Part shown: positions 49,436 to 61,448 of the stretch, piece after piece
Position numbering within the stretch: position 1 is the first letter of the stretch
Layout of the letters: every line of letters begins with the position of its first letter
NCBI RefSeq assembly: GCF_006345805.1
Contig: NC_043025.1
Location: 2,604,001-2,668,000 of the forward strand
Length of the DNA: 64,000 nucleotides
Reading direction: 5' to 3'
From: Octopus sinensis
Lineage: Eukaryota
The notes under the pieces: model-generated
The model's database searches: none
Seen by the model: only the letters and a program-made list of their open reading frames with translations
What the model was told of the DNA's origin: nothing
Program-made: the position numbers and the translations under genes

Positions 49436-50905
49436 ATTGAAGAAATGGAGTTGAACGAAGATTGAACAGAATTCCTTTTATTGCATTCTACACATGTTTC
49501 AAAAGCCACAATTCTCCAAATTCTGATTAAATAAGGATACCATATTGTGGCTTTCTCTTCATAGGAATTCCGTTGGCAGAACAAAACAGAACAGAGGCGC
49601 AGCAAATCAATTTGAACGAGGAGGCTCTTTAAGAGCCCATGGCTGAACTGATTATCAATGTACGTTGAAATCGGGTGGTGGGTGCGTTGAAGATATTTAC
49701 AGGTCAGGCGGCGGTCAAATCCAGTAGGTGAGAGCAAGGGGTGTGGAGATGTTCTGTGTGACCAAAACTAAAATTCTGAATATTTTAAGAATACTGGGTG
49801 TATTTTTGGGGGGCGAGACAAAAACTACCTAGAATCATGTATGTGTGTACTGGCCTATGTGTGCGCGGCCGTATGTTGGTAAAAGGCGCTACATAATGGT
49901 CACTGCTCAAAAATTCGTCAGGCGGCAGAAAATATTTTTTGTGTTCGTGTGTTCGTCTAGGCCTGCTTGTCAAAAAATTAACGTCGTCAAAGAATCCTAA
50001 GGGTATATAAAATTCCTGCGTTTGCTTCCAAAACAAAACACCATTCGCCTAATGGGAGTAATTTCCCCTTGCAAGGGTTATTCATATATTTCTTAAAAAG
50101 CTTTTTCAAAAATTATTTCCAAGGATTGTTGGTGCTAATTATCTTAGGTATCATTTATAAGCAAGATAAGTATAACGCCGCCAATGGGGACATCGAAAAG
50201 CCGACTGTAAAAGTCCGTTTACCAACCGGTCTCTGGCGAACAATATGTGAAAAAGCTCAGAGACACAAAGATTGCACTTCCTTCTGCCCCTATCAAATGG
50301 GAGGGCCACCGACAAAATCGACCATTCCAGCCTGAAACCTGAGTTCGCGTTCTTCAAACCCCATATAAGCTTGCTAAGTCACGTAGCTTGGTATTTATTC
50401 ACGTCGCGAAAAGTTGCGAAATGGTTGGAAATTCGCAAGGCCAATTTTGACGATGAGGCCCTGACATACGAGTAGACATCTGAGTCCGTGTAAACCTTAC
50501 ATTGGTAAATGGCATTTCTGATCTTGGAGTTATTCGACAAGAACCTTATTCTATTGGGATTAGCTTCTGAAATTAGAACTGCGTTACTGTTACTATATTG
50601 ATTGCGAGAACTGCGGGGGCTTACTACTTTATATTCCTCAAATTCACTATTAATTAACGGACCAACCCCTGAGTCTTCCCTATCACTGAGAGCGCTGTAA
50701 TTGCTAGTATCCGTGGGCCTGCTATTGCCGGAAACGACGCTGGAGTTGCTATTAGGACTCTCTACATTAATGACCCAAGCTGCGCTCACCTCACTATTGG
50801 TTTTATCTCCAACCATGCTTTCTTCTGCTGTGATTTTTGCTACCAAGGTATCGGTTAAACTTTTGATTAATCTGCAACAAGATTATTCATCTTTCTATTT
50901 TACCA
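49432..50905 (-). mobile_element. (TA)n-bounded Penelope-family element with a GIY-YIG ORF and 3' hammerhead but no RT
   Basis: 50846 to 50151 reads IYQCKV..NHFATF..T*LSKLIWGLK..WSILSVA..RKCNLCVSE..CPHW (one TGA at 50379-50381); hammerhead-like motif at ~49480-49570 with C3 changed to A. Confidence 0.7.
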
Positions 50906-50989
50906 AATATGTATATATATATATATATATATATATGAATATTTATGTATATATTTATATGTATGTTACGTTTATATATTTGTGGTGCA

Positions 50990-53515
50990 AGAATTTGTAT
51001 GTGAAATCGTGTGTTGAAACAGATATTGTTGTATTTAGGAATGGTCATTTTGCCAATAAAAACACACGCTCTATATATTTGGTGTTATTTTGTTTCAGTG
51101 CTATTTATTTTTTTACATTAATCTTAATCTTATTTCGGCCATAGTTCTTTCGTCACACTCCTGTGACCGCATCAGTGGTCCTTTGCTTTCGTTTTTCTTA
51201 TTTGTGTGTTTCTCCTTACTAACCGTCAGTTATTTTGTATTTCTATTGAAAGTCTTCATTTGCGCATGTGTATATCTCTATGAGCACCTATGCTAGCGAT
51301 AATAATAATATGTTGTTCATTGAGCCCCCGTGTTCCTGCTCGGCGTGTTGGTACAGAACCTATGAGCTCTTTCCTTCTTTAAGTTCTCTCCAATGTACAT
51401 TTACCCGTTCTCCTATGCTTCGTGCCGTTTCCCCTACATATGCCGCTGTCTTGTTACTGCATCGTCCCTCTATACATCTTATACTACATACTACATTTCT
51501 GGCTTTACAGTTTGTTTGTGGGCTAAATCTACACACAGTACAGTACCTATCCGTACAGGGGTTTCTACTAAAACGGTAGGTTCTACCGATTATGGATTTG
51601 ATAGGGTTGCCTGGCTTTCTATCAACCTTAATCCTTAGCTTAAGTTTGTCTAGGGTCCTTCTAAAGCGGTACGCCAGTTCACCTCTTGGGGTGGTGGCAA
51701 CGAACATGACACTCTGGTATTTGTGACTATCATACCAAGAGTTGGCCTTCCCTATTTTCTTCTTTGTCCTTTCTATAGTGTTCCATGACTTGTTCCTATA
51801 GAGTGGGCAAATCCCATTCCTATCATTACATAAGATGGCTCCTTTGTATACTCTGATCCTTTCTTTATGGCTGTAACCTGAGAACTGCATGCGGTGAATG
51901 AAATGTTGTATGAGTCTCTTTAACTCTGTAGGCTCGCACATGCGGGACACATTTCGCATTATTCTGACGAAGTCTGCCATCAAAATATTGAATTTGGCAT
52001 TGCCTGCCAGAGCTGATACGAAAGTAACAACTTTACAGGCGCATGAGGAGAGAGAAAAGGTCCTCAACGCCCACATGATGTTGTGGACAATTGTTCTGGG
52101 ACCCCAAAAACGCACAGCTAACAATTTCCAAGCCTGGAACAACGATATCCCGACATTGTATGGACTTCTCAAGGACCATAAAGTAACCACTGTCTCTGTA
52201 GCCGGACCACCTACAAGACCAGTCTGTGGAGCGAATATCGCTAGCAACTACACAATCTCCTACTTCCTCTCAATCATACGCCATACGATGTATGGTGGGT
52301 AGCATGGATGTGCTATCCCTATACCCATCGATCGACGTGGATTTTGCGGTTGAGAAGTGCGTGGAGATGATCAATGGGAGCGAGGTGGAGTTCCGCAATG
52401 TCAACACAGAGGAACTGGGCCTCCAACTTAGACTGACATATGACAATGAATGCCTAGATAAACATGATCTTAATAATTTCTGCACCAGTAGACGTTTAAG
52501 AGGTAGACCACCCACAATTACTTCTATGACTAGGAAGACCCATATAGAGAGATGGAGCGGATGGGCCAGAGCCATACGGAGCCCCACAAATGTCTATCAG
52601 GTAAAGAAAATGATCGCACGTGCACTAGGGGCTAGTATAAGAGTTACCCTAAAAGGCCACACGTTAAAGCTTAAAAATAAAACATATGCCCTGGACGAAT
52701 GGGTAGCCATCGGCGTTAGTATCGACAGTGATGTGGCCAACCTTTTCATATGGTGGGACAGAAGGCTTAAAGCACGCCTAACACAGAACTCCATACTCAT
52801 TAACCTGTACTCTCGCTATGTTGATGATATGAACATAGTGGTAAAGGCACCCCGCAAGAGAGTAATGTTGAAATAGAAATAGAAAATAATACTATGGAGA
52901 GCATCCTGCAAATAGCTAACTCCATCCACCAGAGTATTAGGGTCACAATAGACTACCCCGTTAAACACCATAACCATAGACTACTAGTACTAGACACAGA
53001 ACTCTGGCTGGAAACTGAGAATAATAAAACCCGAATCTTTCATTCGTACTATACCAAACGTATGGCCTCCAAATACTTGATCCACCAGAACTCAGCTATC
53101 GCGGACAATGCCAAATTCAATATTTTGATGGCAGACCTCGTCAGAATAATACGAAATGTTATTTATTTAGAAATTACACGAACGTATATAAACTGAAGAT
53201 ACAAATATTATAGGCATTCCCCCTCCCCACTAAGTAAACATAGACGCTCATAGAGATATACACATGCGCAAATGAAGACACATACAATAGAAATACAAAA
53301 TGACTGACGGTTAGTAAGGAGAGACACACAAATAAAAAAACGAAAGCAGAGGAGCACTGATGCGGTCACAGGAGTGTGACGAAAGAACTGTGGCCGAAAT
53401 AAGATTAAGATTAATGTAAAAAATAAATAACGCTGAAGTAAAGTAACACCAAATGTATAGAGCGTGTGTTTTTATTGGCTGAACTGGCAAAATGACCATT
53501 CCTAAATACAATATT
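50990..53515. mobile_element. Rearranged Penelope-like element: two outward-facing segments, each ending in a hammerhead-bearing terminal repeat
   Basis: Plus-strand RT ~52005-53160 (PTLYGLLKDHK, TRPV, SMDVLSLYPS, YSRYVDD, LLVLDTEL); minus-strand RT C-terminus and GIY-YIG ~52003-51330 (YVGETARSIGERVNVH); repeats ~50990-51295 and ~53235-53515 are inverted. Confidence 0.85.
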
Positions 53516-53560
53516 TATATGTATGCTTATGCATATATATATATATATATATATATATGC

Positions 53561-53739
<179 letters not shown>

Positions 53740-54272
53740 TTGGAGAAAGAAAAGAATGACTTCACTTGTAGTTGTAATCAGTGTAATTTTATATTTTTGA
53801 TGCTTTTAATAATATATACTTTAGTTCATAGGTCTAAAACGTTCTTTGTTAACTTGGGTGTGGAGATTTTTCAAGAAATTCCTTAACTTTTTGGGAGTAA
53901 TTTCTCGCATTCCTTGAGGAACAGATCCGAGGTTTTGGGGCTTTGTGACTCCATATTTGAGGTTTGGGTGTGTTGGGGGTATGGTGGGGTGTGTTAATCA
54001 GTATAGAAGTGATAGGAGTGAATGGTCAACAAAATATACTTGATTGGGGTGGCGTTGGGAGGTGGCAGGGTGTTAAAGGAGTGTTTTCTGAAGCATTTGA
54101 ATAGTTGAACTTTGGTCACAAATCTAATGACCATGGTTTTCCAAGATCTTTCTGTTAGTGATTTTCTATGATTTAGGTGTGTGTCTGGGGGCGGTTAATG
54201 ATGTGTAAGACACATGACTTTGGATGAAAATGTTTGTTGATAGAAGTATTTTATCTATATACATACATGCAT

Positions 54273-54313
<41 letters not shown>

Positions 54314-54334
54314 CATATATACACACACACACAC

Positions 54335-54378
<44 letters not shown>

Positions 54379-54481
54379 TTGGACAGGTCGCTTCAACCGT
54401 GTTTCTGACGTGAATTTGCTACCCAGGTTTCGGTTAAACGAATTTTCCATGCTGACGATAAACATAGGATAATTCATTCAC

Positions 54482-54520
<39 letters not shown>

Positions 54521-54581
54521 CAAATATATCTATATATATATCTATATATATATATATACATACAAATATATCTATATATAT

Positions 54582-54655
<74 letters not shown>

Positions 54656-54657
<2 letters not shown>

Positions 54658-55430
54658 TGTTATATTTAGGAATAGTCATTTTGCCAGTTTAGCCAATAAA
54701 AACACACGCACTATATATTTGGTGTTACTTTGCTTCAGTGTTATTTATTTTTTACATTAATCTTAATCTTATTTCGGCCAGAGTTCTTTCGTCACACTCC
54801 TGTGACCGCAGAAGTGGTCCTTTGTTTTCTTCTCACTTATTTGTGACTCTCCTTACTAACCGTCAGCCATTTTGTATTTGTATTGTATGTCTTCATTTGC
54901 GCATGCTTATATCTCTATATGCGTTTATGTTTATTTAGTGTGTGTGGGGTGGGGGGGATGCCTGTAATATTTGTATCTTCTGTTTATATATGTTCATGTA
55001 ATTTGTATTTTGTTTTTGTTTTTGTTTTTGTTTATTCTTATTTTGTTCATGTGCTTACATCCACCCATTATTATCATTACATACACACACTAAATAAACA
55101 TAAACGCATATAGAGATATAAGCATGCGCAAATGAAGATATACAATAGAAATACAAAATGGCTGACGGTTAGTAAGGAGAGTCACAAATAAGTGAGAAGA
55201 AAACAAAGGACCACTGATGCGGTCACAGGAGTGTGACGAAAGAACTATGGCCGAAATAAGATTAAGATTAATGTAAAAAATAAATAACACAGAAGCAAAG
55301 TAACACCAAATATATAGTGCGTGTGTTTTTATTGGCTAAACTGGCAAAATGACCATTCCGAAATATAACAATATCTGTTTCAACACACGACTTCACATAA
55401 AAAATCTTGCACAACAAATATTTAAACGTA
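54656..55430. mobile_element. Palindromic pair of the same terminal repeat as at 51.0 and 53.3 kb, within (TA)n
   Basis: ~54656-54942 is the reverse complement of ~55083-55373; ~140-bp spacer. Confidence 0.8.
55208..55252 (+). ncRNA. Hammerhead-like motif with non-canonical CUGAUGCG core (also 51137-51181 minus, ~53352-53395 plus, ~54775-54822 minus)
   Basis: GGACCA-CTGATGCG-GTCACA ggag TGTGAC-GAAA-GAACT-A-TGGCC: stems I, II and III pair. Confidence 0.55.
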
Positions 55431-55554
55431 CTATGTATATATACATATTTACATTTATATTTATATAGATATGTATTCACCCATGCACGGGTATACTCAT
55501 ACACACATATATAAACATTCTATCTCTATATATGCATTTATATACACATAGACA

Positions 55555-56068
55555 CATCATCATCATTGTTCGACCGTGGTCGAGACAATGGAATTTACGA
55601 CGCTACACCAGTCTTCTCGGTCCATCATGGCATTACGGAGGTTGCTGGATGGCTGGATCCCTGGAGAATACATCAGGGTATGAGAGTGTGCGCCCTCTGG
55701 TATCGCGAGTAGAAAGCTTCCACAGGAGAAGACTAGTAATTACTTCGTTTTCAGCTCTACAACAATGTCCAGCAAACTGGACCCTTCTACCTTTCACAAG
55801 AGATGATACAGGTGGTAGTTTCCCATATATTTGCATTTTGGTTGGATGGCGCTTCCACGAGAGATTTTGAGCTCTCATAAGGAGGCGAGTGTACGTTCCA
55901 TCCAACCGCCTCTCAAGCTTCTTTGATAACGTCCAGGTTTCTGAGTCATAGAGTAGAATTGGTTCGACTGTGGCTTTGAAGATTTCAAGTTTGAAGTCTC
56001 TACTTAGATTTGATGACCAGATCTTATGCATGTCATTACAGGCTGACCAGGCCATACCCTTTCTAGTT
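55555..56068 (-). mobile_element. RTE-clade LINE 3' fragment
   Basis: KLEIFKATVEPILLYDSETWTL..LDGTYTRLLM..SWK..RRVQFAGHC; ends in a (GAT)n tail. Confidence 0.85.
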
Positions 56069-56112
56069 AGAAACATACATACACACATAGATATATACAT
56101 ATACATTCATGC

Positions 56113-56171
<59 letters not shown>

Positions 56172-56844
56172 AACCTATATGTATACACATATGCATGTAT
56201 GCACACATAATATCTACATACACATGTACATGTGCATATATACATATATATATATACACACACGTACACTCATACGCATTAATATCCTCCTACAGATCAT
56301 ATGCCCCCACACCCCGCCCATGCACCCACCACCATCATCATCATCGCCGCCCAATCTCCATTTTGCAGGTGGATGTTGAACGATGACGATGAGGAAAATT
56401 ATGGATGCATTCATAAACATATGGGCACCCATAAGGCAGGAAAATAGCCACGTGTGGGTATGTGTGTGTATATTTACATATTTACACATATATATCCACA
56501 CACACATGTATACGCACGTGTATGCACCCATATACTTGCGCATGTATCGCATCTGTATATTTACATATAATGTACCAATGATCTCACACATATACAAATA
56601 TATATATATATACACGTTAGATATATATATATATATGCCTGTGTCTGTCTATATTTAAATGTATCAGCTAGCAAAATCGTTAGCGCTTCAAGTAAATGTC
56701 TTAGCAAAATTTCGTTCGTCTTTAATTTCTGCGTTCAAATTCCGCCGAAAATGTGTAGAAAATAATAGAGAATTAACAAAAATCAAGAAAGACGAAAAAA
56801 TCTCAGCAAAAAATTAATTAAAGGGTTATATAATGAGACAGAAT

Positions 56845-56986
56845 GTGTGTATGTATGTAAGTATGTATGTATGTATGTATGTATGTATGTATGTATGTAT
56901 GTATGTATGTATTATGTATGTATGCATGCATATACGTGCATACATGCACACATACAAACAGACAAACAGATTGCTGAAATCTACAT

Positions 56987-57023
<37 letters not shown>

Positions 57024-57198
57024 ATTTTCTCTTATTCCTTTCAGTTGTAGAGCGTAGGCTCGAAACGTAAAAGACATTTCCAATTCACTTGCTCGTTGTT
57101 CGTACACCTGTTTTTGTCTTGACTTTTCTAAGAACGACAGCTATATATATATATATATATATATACATTGTTAGATAGAAAGATAGATAGATAGATAC

Positions 57199-57269
<71 letters not shown>

Positions 57270-57300
57270 TACATATATATATATATGTGTGTGTGACTGT
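56845..57300. repeat. Microsatellite cluster: (ATGT)n, (TC)n, (TA)n, (GATA)n
   Basis: Directly visible. Confidence 0.95.
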
Positions 57301-58554
57301 GTGTGTGTATGTGTGTAAGTAGAAAGATAGAGAGGGAAAGAAATAAATAAATAAATCATATATACGTGTGTGTATAAATATAAATATTAAATCTTCAAAG
57401 AAAAGTAACAAAAATTGTTTTACCTCTATAATACCGGCTTCAAATATCTCTTCAGTTTAAATTTTTTTACTTATCTGAATATTCTATTGCCTCATATAAG
57501 TTATTGTCACACAGTGAAGCTGGTATCCAAATATGTCTTCAGTTTTTAATTTTTTACAGAAGTTAAATAAGTTTTATCCACTGATCTGTATATTCTATTG
57601 CCTCATATAAGTTTTTGTCTAACAGTGCAGCTGGTATCCTATAAGCATACTGAATTTTAATAACACTTCAAGTGCTTTAATAATGCTCCAAGTATTTTTT
57701 TAATGTGAGTGGTAGTACTTTCTGTTGATGTATATTATTGGTTGTACGTCTTTAATGTCCGGGAAATAAATCCGCTTCCCAGATCTTCACCATTCTTACA
57801 CGTCAGGTGTCGGTCGCAGGGCAACATGAGATGAAACATTTTACTAAAGGACATAATACACCTCCTCCCGTTCCACAATTGAAACCACGACTTCGTTTTC
57901 GTGAGTACAGCACATTTAACCATGAGATCAAGTGCCCTGGACACAATTGATATTACCAAAATGATATTTGTAATATAAAGGCCGGTTAACATTTCAGAAA
58001 CCATTTACTGAAGAAAAGTGTTAGTGTTTTATCGATTATTGGGATGGCTATATCTGCTCAAAGACATGGCCTCATCTCTCAAGTTACTAAAATGCAAACT
58101 CAACGAATTTTCCTCGTTTCCCAGAAAAGATTTAAAAGTTGGTTATAAGTGATATTTGTTGTTTACTGATGGCGCTTCAGTCGTAATAATCTTCTCGATT
58201 TACTTACATATTCCATTGTGTGTTGTGTAATTTTCTGACTTAAGACGATAGAGTGTGAGACAATGGAAGTTGGCTATTATTACTTAACATTTCGAGCGGC
58301 AACGTATATCATTGTCACAAATACTCACCGTTGCGCAAATGCTAAAGTGATGAACATTCATTAGTCTTGAAACCCATATCTACAATAATTATTGTAATAC
58401 ACCACATGATGTAGATGCTAATTTTCACCAGATTTTTGCAATGTTTTAAATTTTTGTAACATTTTTTTTACAACTGTCTGATAATAATGACACATACTTG
58501 CCCAACTGCATCAATAAATTAACATTGATTTTTTTCTCACCGTTGTTAGAATTA

Positions 58555-59639
58555 TATGAACTGGAACTGTCAAAGAGCGATATTCGAGTAAATTTGCTAT
58601 TCAACTTCAAAAAAAGGATGTAAAGTAGCTGAAACTGTTCGAGATATCAACGAAACTTTGTGTGAAGAAATGACCAGTGAATGGTCAGCTCGAAAATGGT
58701 TTAAACGATTTTCCAGTTGAGGCCTGAGCTTTGGAAATCATGAGCATAGTGGACACCCATCTGTCATTGATGACAGTTCAGTCAATTAAAGACCATCATT
58801 AAGAAAGATACCCGTAAAAGCAGACGAGAATTCTCAAAAGATCTTCAAGTTAGCCAGAAAACGGCATGCAACCGTTTTCATGCGAACGGAAAATCAAAAG
58901 AGTTCGGCAATTGAGTACTACATGATTTGAATGAAAATCAGAAAATGCGCAGATATGAAATTTGCTTGTCGCTTCTTCTCCGTAACTTGCGATGAAAAGT
59001 GGATTCTGTACAATAATAAAAATCATATTTCGCAGTGTTTGGATCAAAATGAAGAACCTAAAATCTTCCCTCACCCCAAGGTCTTTAAAAAGAATGTTAT
59101 GGTGACTGTCTGATGGTATACTGCTGGACTTATTCACTATAACTTCTTAAAACCCGGAAAACATATCACTGCAGAAACATAGAGCCAAGAAATTGCCAAA
59201 ATGAACGAAAGATTGCTATTCTTCCGTCCCAGACAGGTCAACAGATGAGAGCCAATCGTTCTTCATGACAATGCTCGACTACACGTTTTACTAATGACGC
59301 TCCAGAAGTTGAGGAAACTTGGCTACGAAGTTCTTCCCCACCCACATTATTCCTCTGACCTTTCTCCAACCGTTTCCCAATGTTTCAAGCACCTTGATGA
59401 TTTCCTGCGAGAGAAGAATTTCAAAAATCAAACCGATACTCAAAGTGCGTTCAAAGAGTTCATCAACTCCAGAACTCCAGACTTTTATTTGACGGGAATA
59501 AACAAACAACTTGTAACTCGTTGGCAGAAATGTGCTGACTGTGATGATACTAACTGTTATGAATAAAATTTTCGCATTCTTGAAATATATTGTGACGAAT
59601 TTCGTGTTTCAAAAGGTTGCTAACTTCTTACTCAGCCTG

Positions 59640-59641
<2 letters not shown>
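58555..59641 (+). pseudogene. Mariner-family transposase pseudogene
   Basis: ELSKSDIRV..WSARKWFKRF, VTCDEKWILYNN, IVLHDNAR, YEVLPHPHYSSDLSP, RWQKC; stops and frameshifts; matching 5' TIR not found. Confidence 0.9.
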
Positions 59642-59689
<48 letters not shown>

Positions 59690-59820
59690 ATATATCTGTG
59701 TGTGTGTATGTGTGTGTGTGTATGAATGTATGTATATATATATATATCTAAATATATATATATATATATACGTGTGTGTGTGTATATGTATGTATTTTTA
59801 TATATATATATATATATATA

Positions 59821-60300
59821 GGATGCCCCCAAAAAACAGAACCCGTAAAAAAATTTATTATATACTACAAAGAGCCAGCAAATTTTTTGAAATTTACTGG
59901 ACTTTAACTTCGGTCTGTGTTCGATTCTTCCCTTTGCATAAAAGTCATGTTCTTTTCAAAATATGCTCCAAATGGCACACTGCATACATCGTGCAAAATT
60001 GTTAAATACTCGGACACATTCCTCTTCGGGGATTTCCCTGATTTCTGCTGTGATGGCTGCCTTCAGTTCCCCAATCGTTTGAAGGTTGTTCTGATAAACA
60101 TCATCCTTGAGATACGCCCACAAATAAAAAGATTCTGGGGGATTCAAGTCCGCTGAATGCGGTGCCCACTCAACGTCACACTTCCTGCTGATCAGTCTCC
60201 CCTGAAATCGCTCACTCAGCCGGGCTTGGGAGCCATTTGAAGCGTGAGGAGGTGGGTGGCCCCGTCTTGCTTGAACTACTGTTCATCTCGATCTATCGCG
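59821..60300 (-). pseudogene. Tc1/mariner-superfamily transposase 3' fragment with one terminal repeat
   Basis: FKQDGATH, GRLISR..WAPHSADLNPP, YLWAYLKDDVYQNN..TIGELKAAI; end GGATGCCCCCAAAAAA next to (TA)n. Confidence 0.75.
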
Positions 60301-60451
60301 AAATTTGCTGGACCTTTGTATGGTTTAATACAATTTTTATGGGTTCCGTTTTGGGGGTGGGGATCACCGTTTGTATTCTGTATATGTGAAGAGAAATCTT
60401 TCGGTTTCCTGTACTTTACTTTCATTTTTGGGCCGATTTTTAACTCCAGAT

Positions 60452-60496
60452 GATAATGATGATGATGATGATGATGATGGACGTGTAACAGCCTAT

Positions 60497-60546
<50 letters not shown>

Positions 60547-60567
60547 CCATCATCATCATTATTATTA

Positions 60568-60635
<68 letters not shown>

Positions 60636-60636
60636 G
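60452..60636. repeat. Compound trinucleotide microsatellite (GAT)n/(CAT)n/(TAT)n
   Basis: Directly visible. Confidence 0.95.
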
Positions 60637-61170
60637 AGTGAGAGATCAGTGCATGCCATCAAAGTGACACTGGGGTAAAATATACGAAGCCCAGTATACC
60701 CATCCGGACTACCCATCTGATAAGGGTGCACCAGGCACATGCATCACAACCATATGTGCGCAACATGGTGATCTCATATCAAGATAAACAGCACATGACC
60801 TTGCAGGTGGAGCCCAGCTAGAATTTTCTTCAGGTCGAGTAACCCATCCTACTCAAAAGGTCCCTGAATAAGGGTTGTTTAAGGATGATGAACGAAACGC
60901 CCATGTTTCCAGAAGTGAATTACTCAAACCCCAAAGAATCCCTCTCAACACATGGCTATGATGCTCCCCCACTACTTCTGCTCGTGATCAGAGATGCACA
61001 TATCATCAGCCACAAAGGGACATGCTCAACTGGTTAAGGTCAAACAACTGACAAGCAAATCTGTGGTATTGAGCAGAATATTTGCTGTAGCCCATCTTTT
61101 ATACCAAAACAAAACAATGTACATGATAACACTTCCAATCATTTAAGATCAGAGGCCATGAGAGCCACTG
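60637..61170 (-). mobile_element. Non-coding SINE-like interspersed repeat ending in (AAT)n
   Basis: ~530 bp without an ORF between two trinucleotide tracts; resembles an abundant octopus repeat from memory, not verified. Confidence 0.45.
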
Positions 61171-61228
61171 CCTGGAACTGTTGTTATTATTATTATTGTT
61201 GTTGTTGTTGTTGTTGCTGTTGTTGTTG

Positions 61229-61266
<38 letters not shown>

Positions 61267-61412
61267 GTTATTGTTATTGTTATTGTTATTGTTATTGTTG
61301 TTGTTGTTGTTATTATTGTTGTTAGCATTATTATTATTATTAATTATTATTATTATTGTTATTATTATTATTGTCGTTGTTGTTATTGTTGTTGTGTTTG
61401 TTGTTGTTGTTG

Positions 61413-61447
<35 letters not shown>
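61171..61447. repeat. Compound (TTA)n/(TTG)n microsatellite; tail and probable target of the R4-like LINE
   Basis: Directly visible; abuts the LINE 3' end. Confidence 0.95.

Positions 61448-61448
<1 letters not shown>

Noticed and set aside
50379-50381. In-frame TGA as a selenocysteine codon
   Set aside because: The position is not a Cys-equivalent site in the T-x-LSK motif, no SECIS was identified, and CGA to TGA decay explains it.
57040-57078. Hammerhead at GAGC-gtag-GCTC-GAAACGT
   Set aside because: Stem II and GAAA are present, but the upstream core does not fit CUGANGA and stem I does not pair.
57735-58004. 89-aa ORF as a transposase or gene fragment
   Set aside because: No recognisable motif, and no matching TIR for the nearby mariner.
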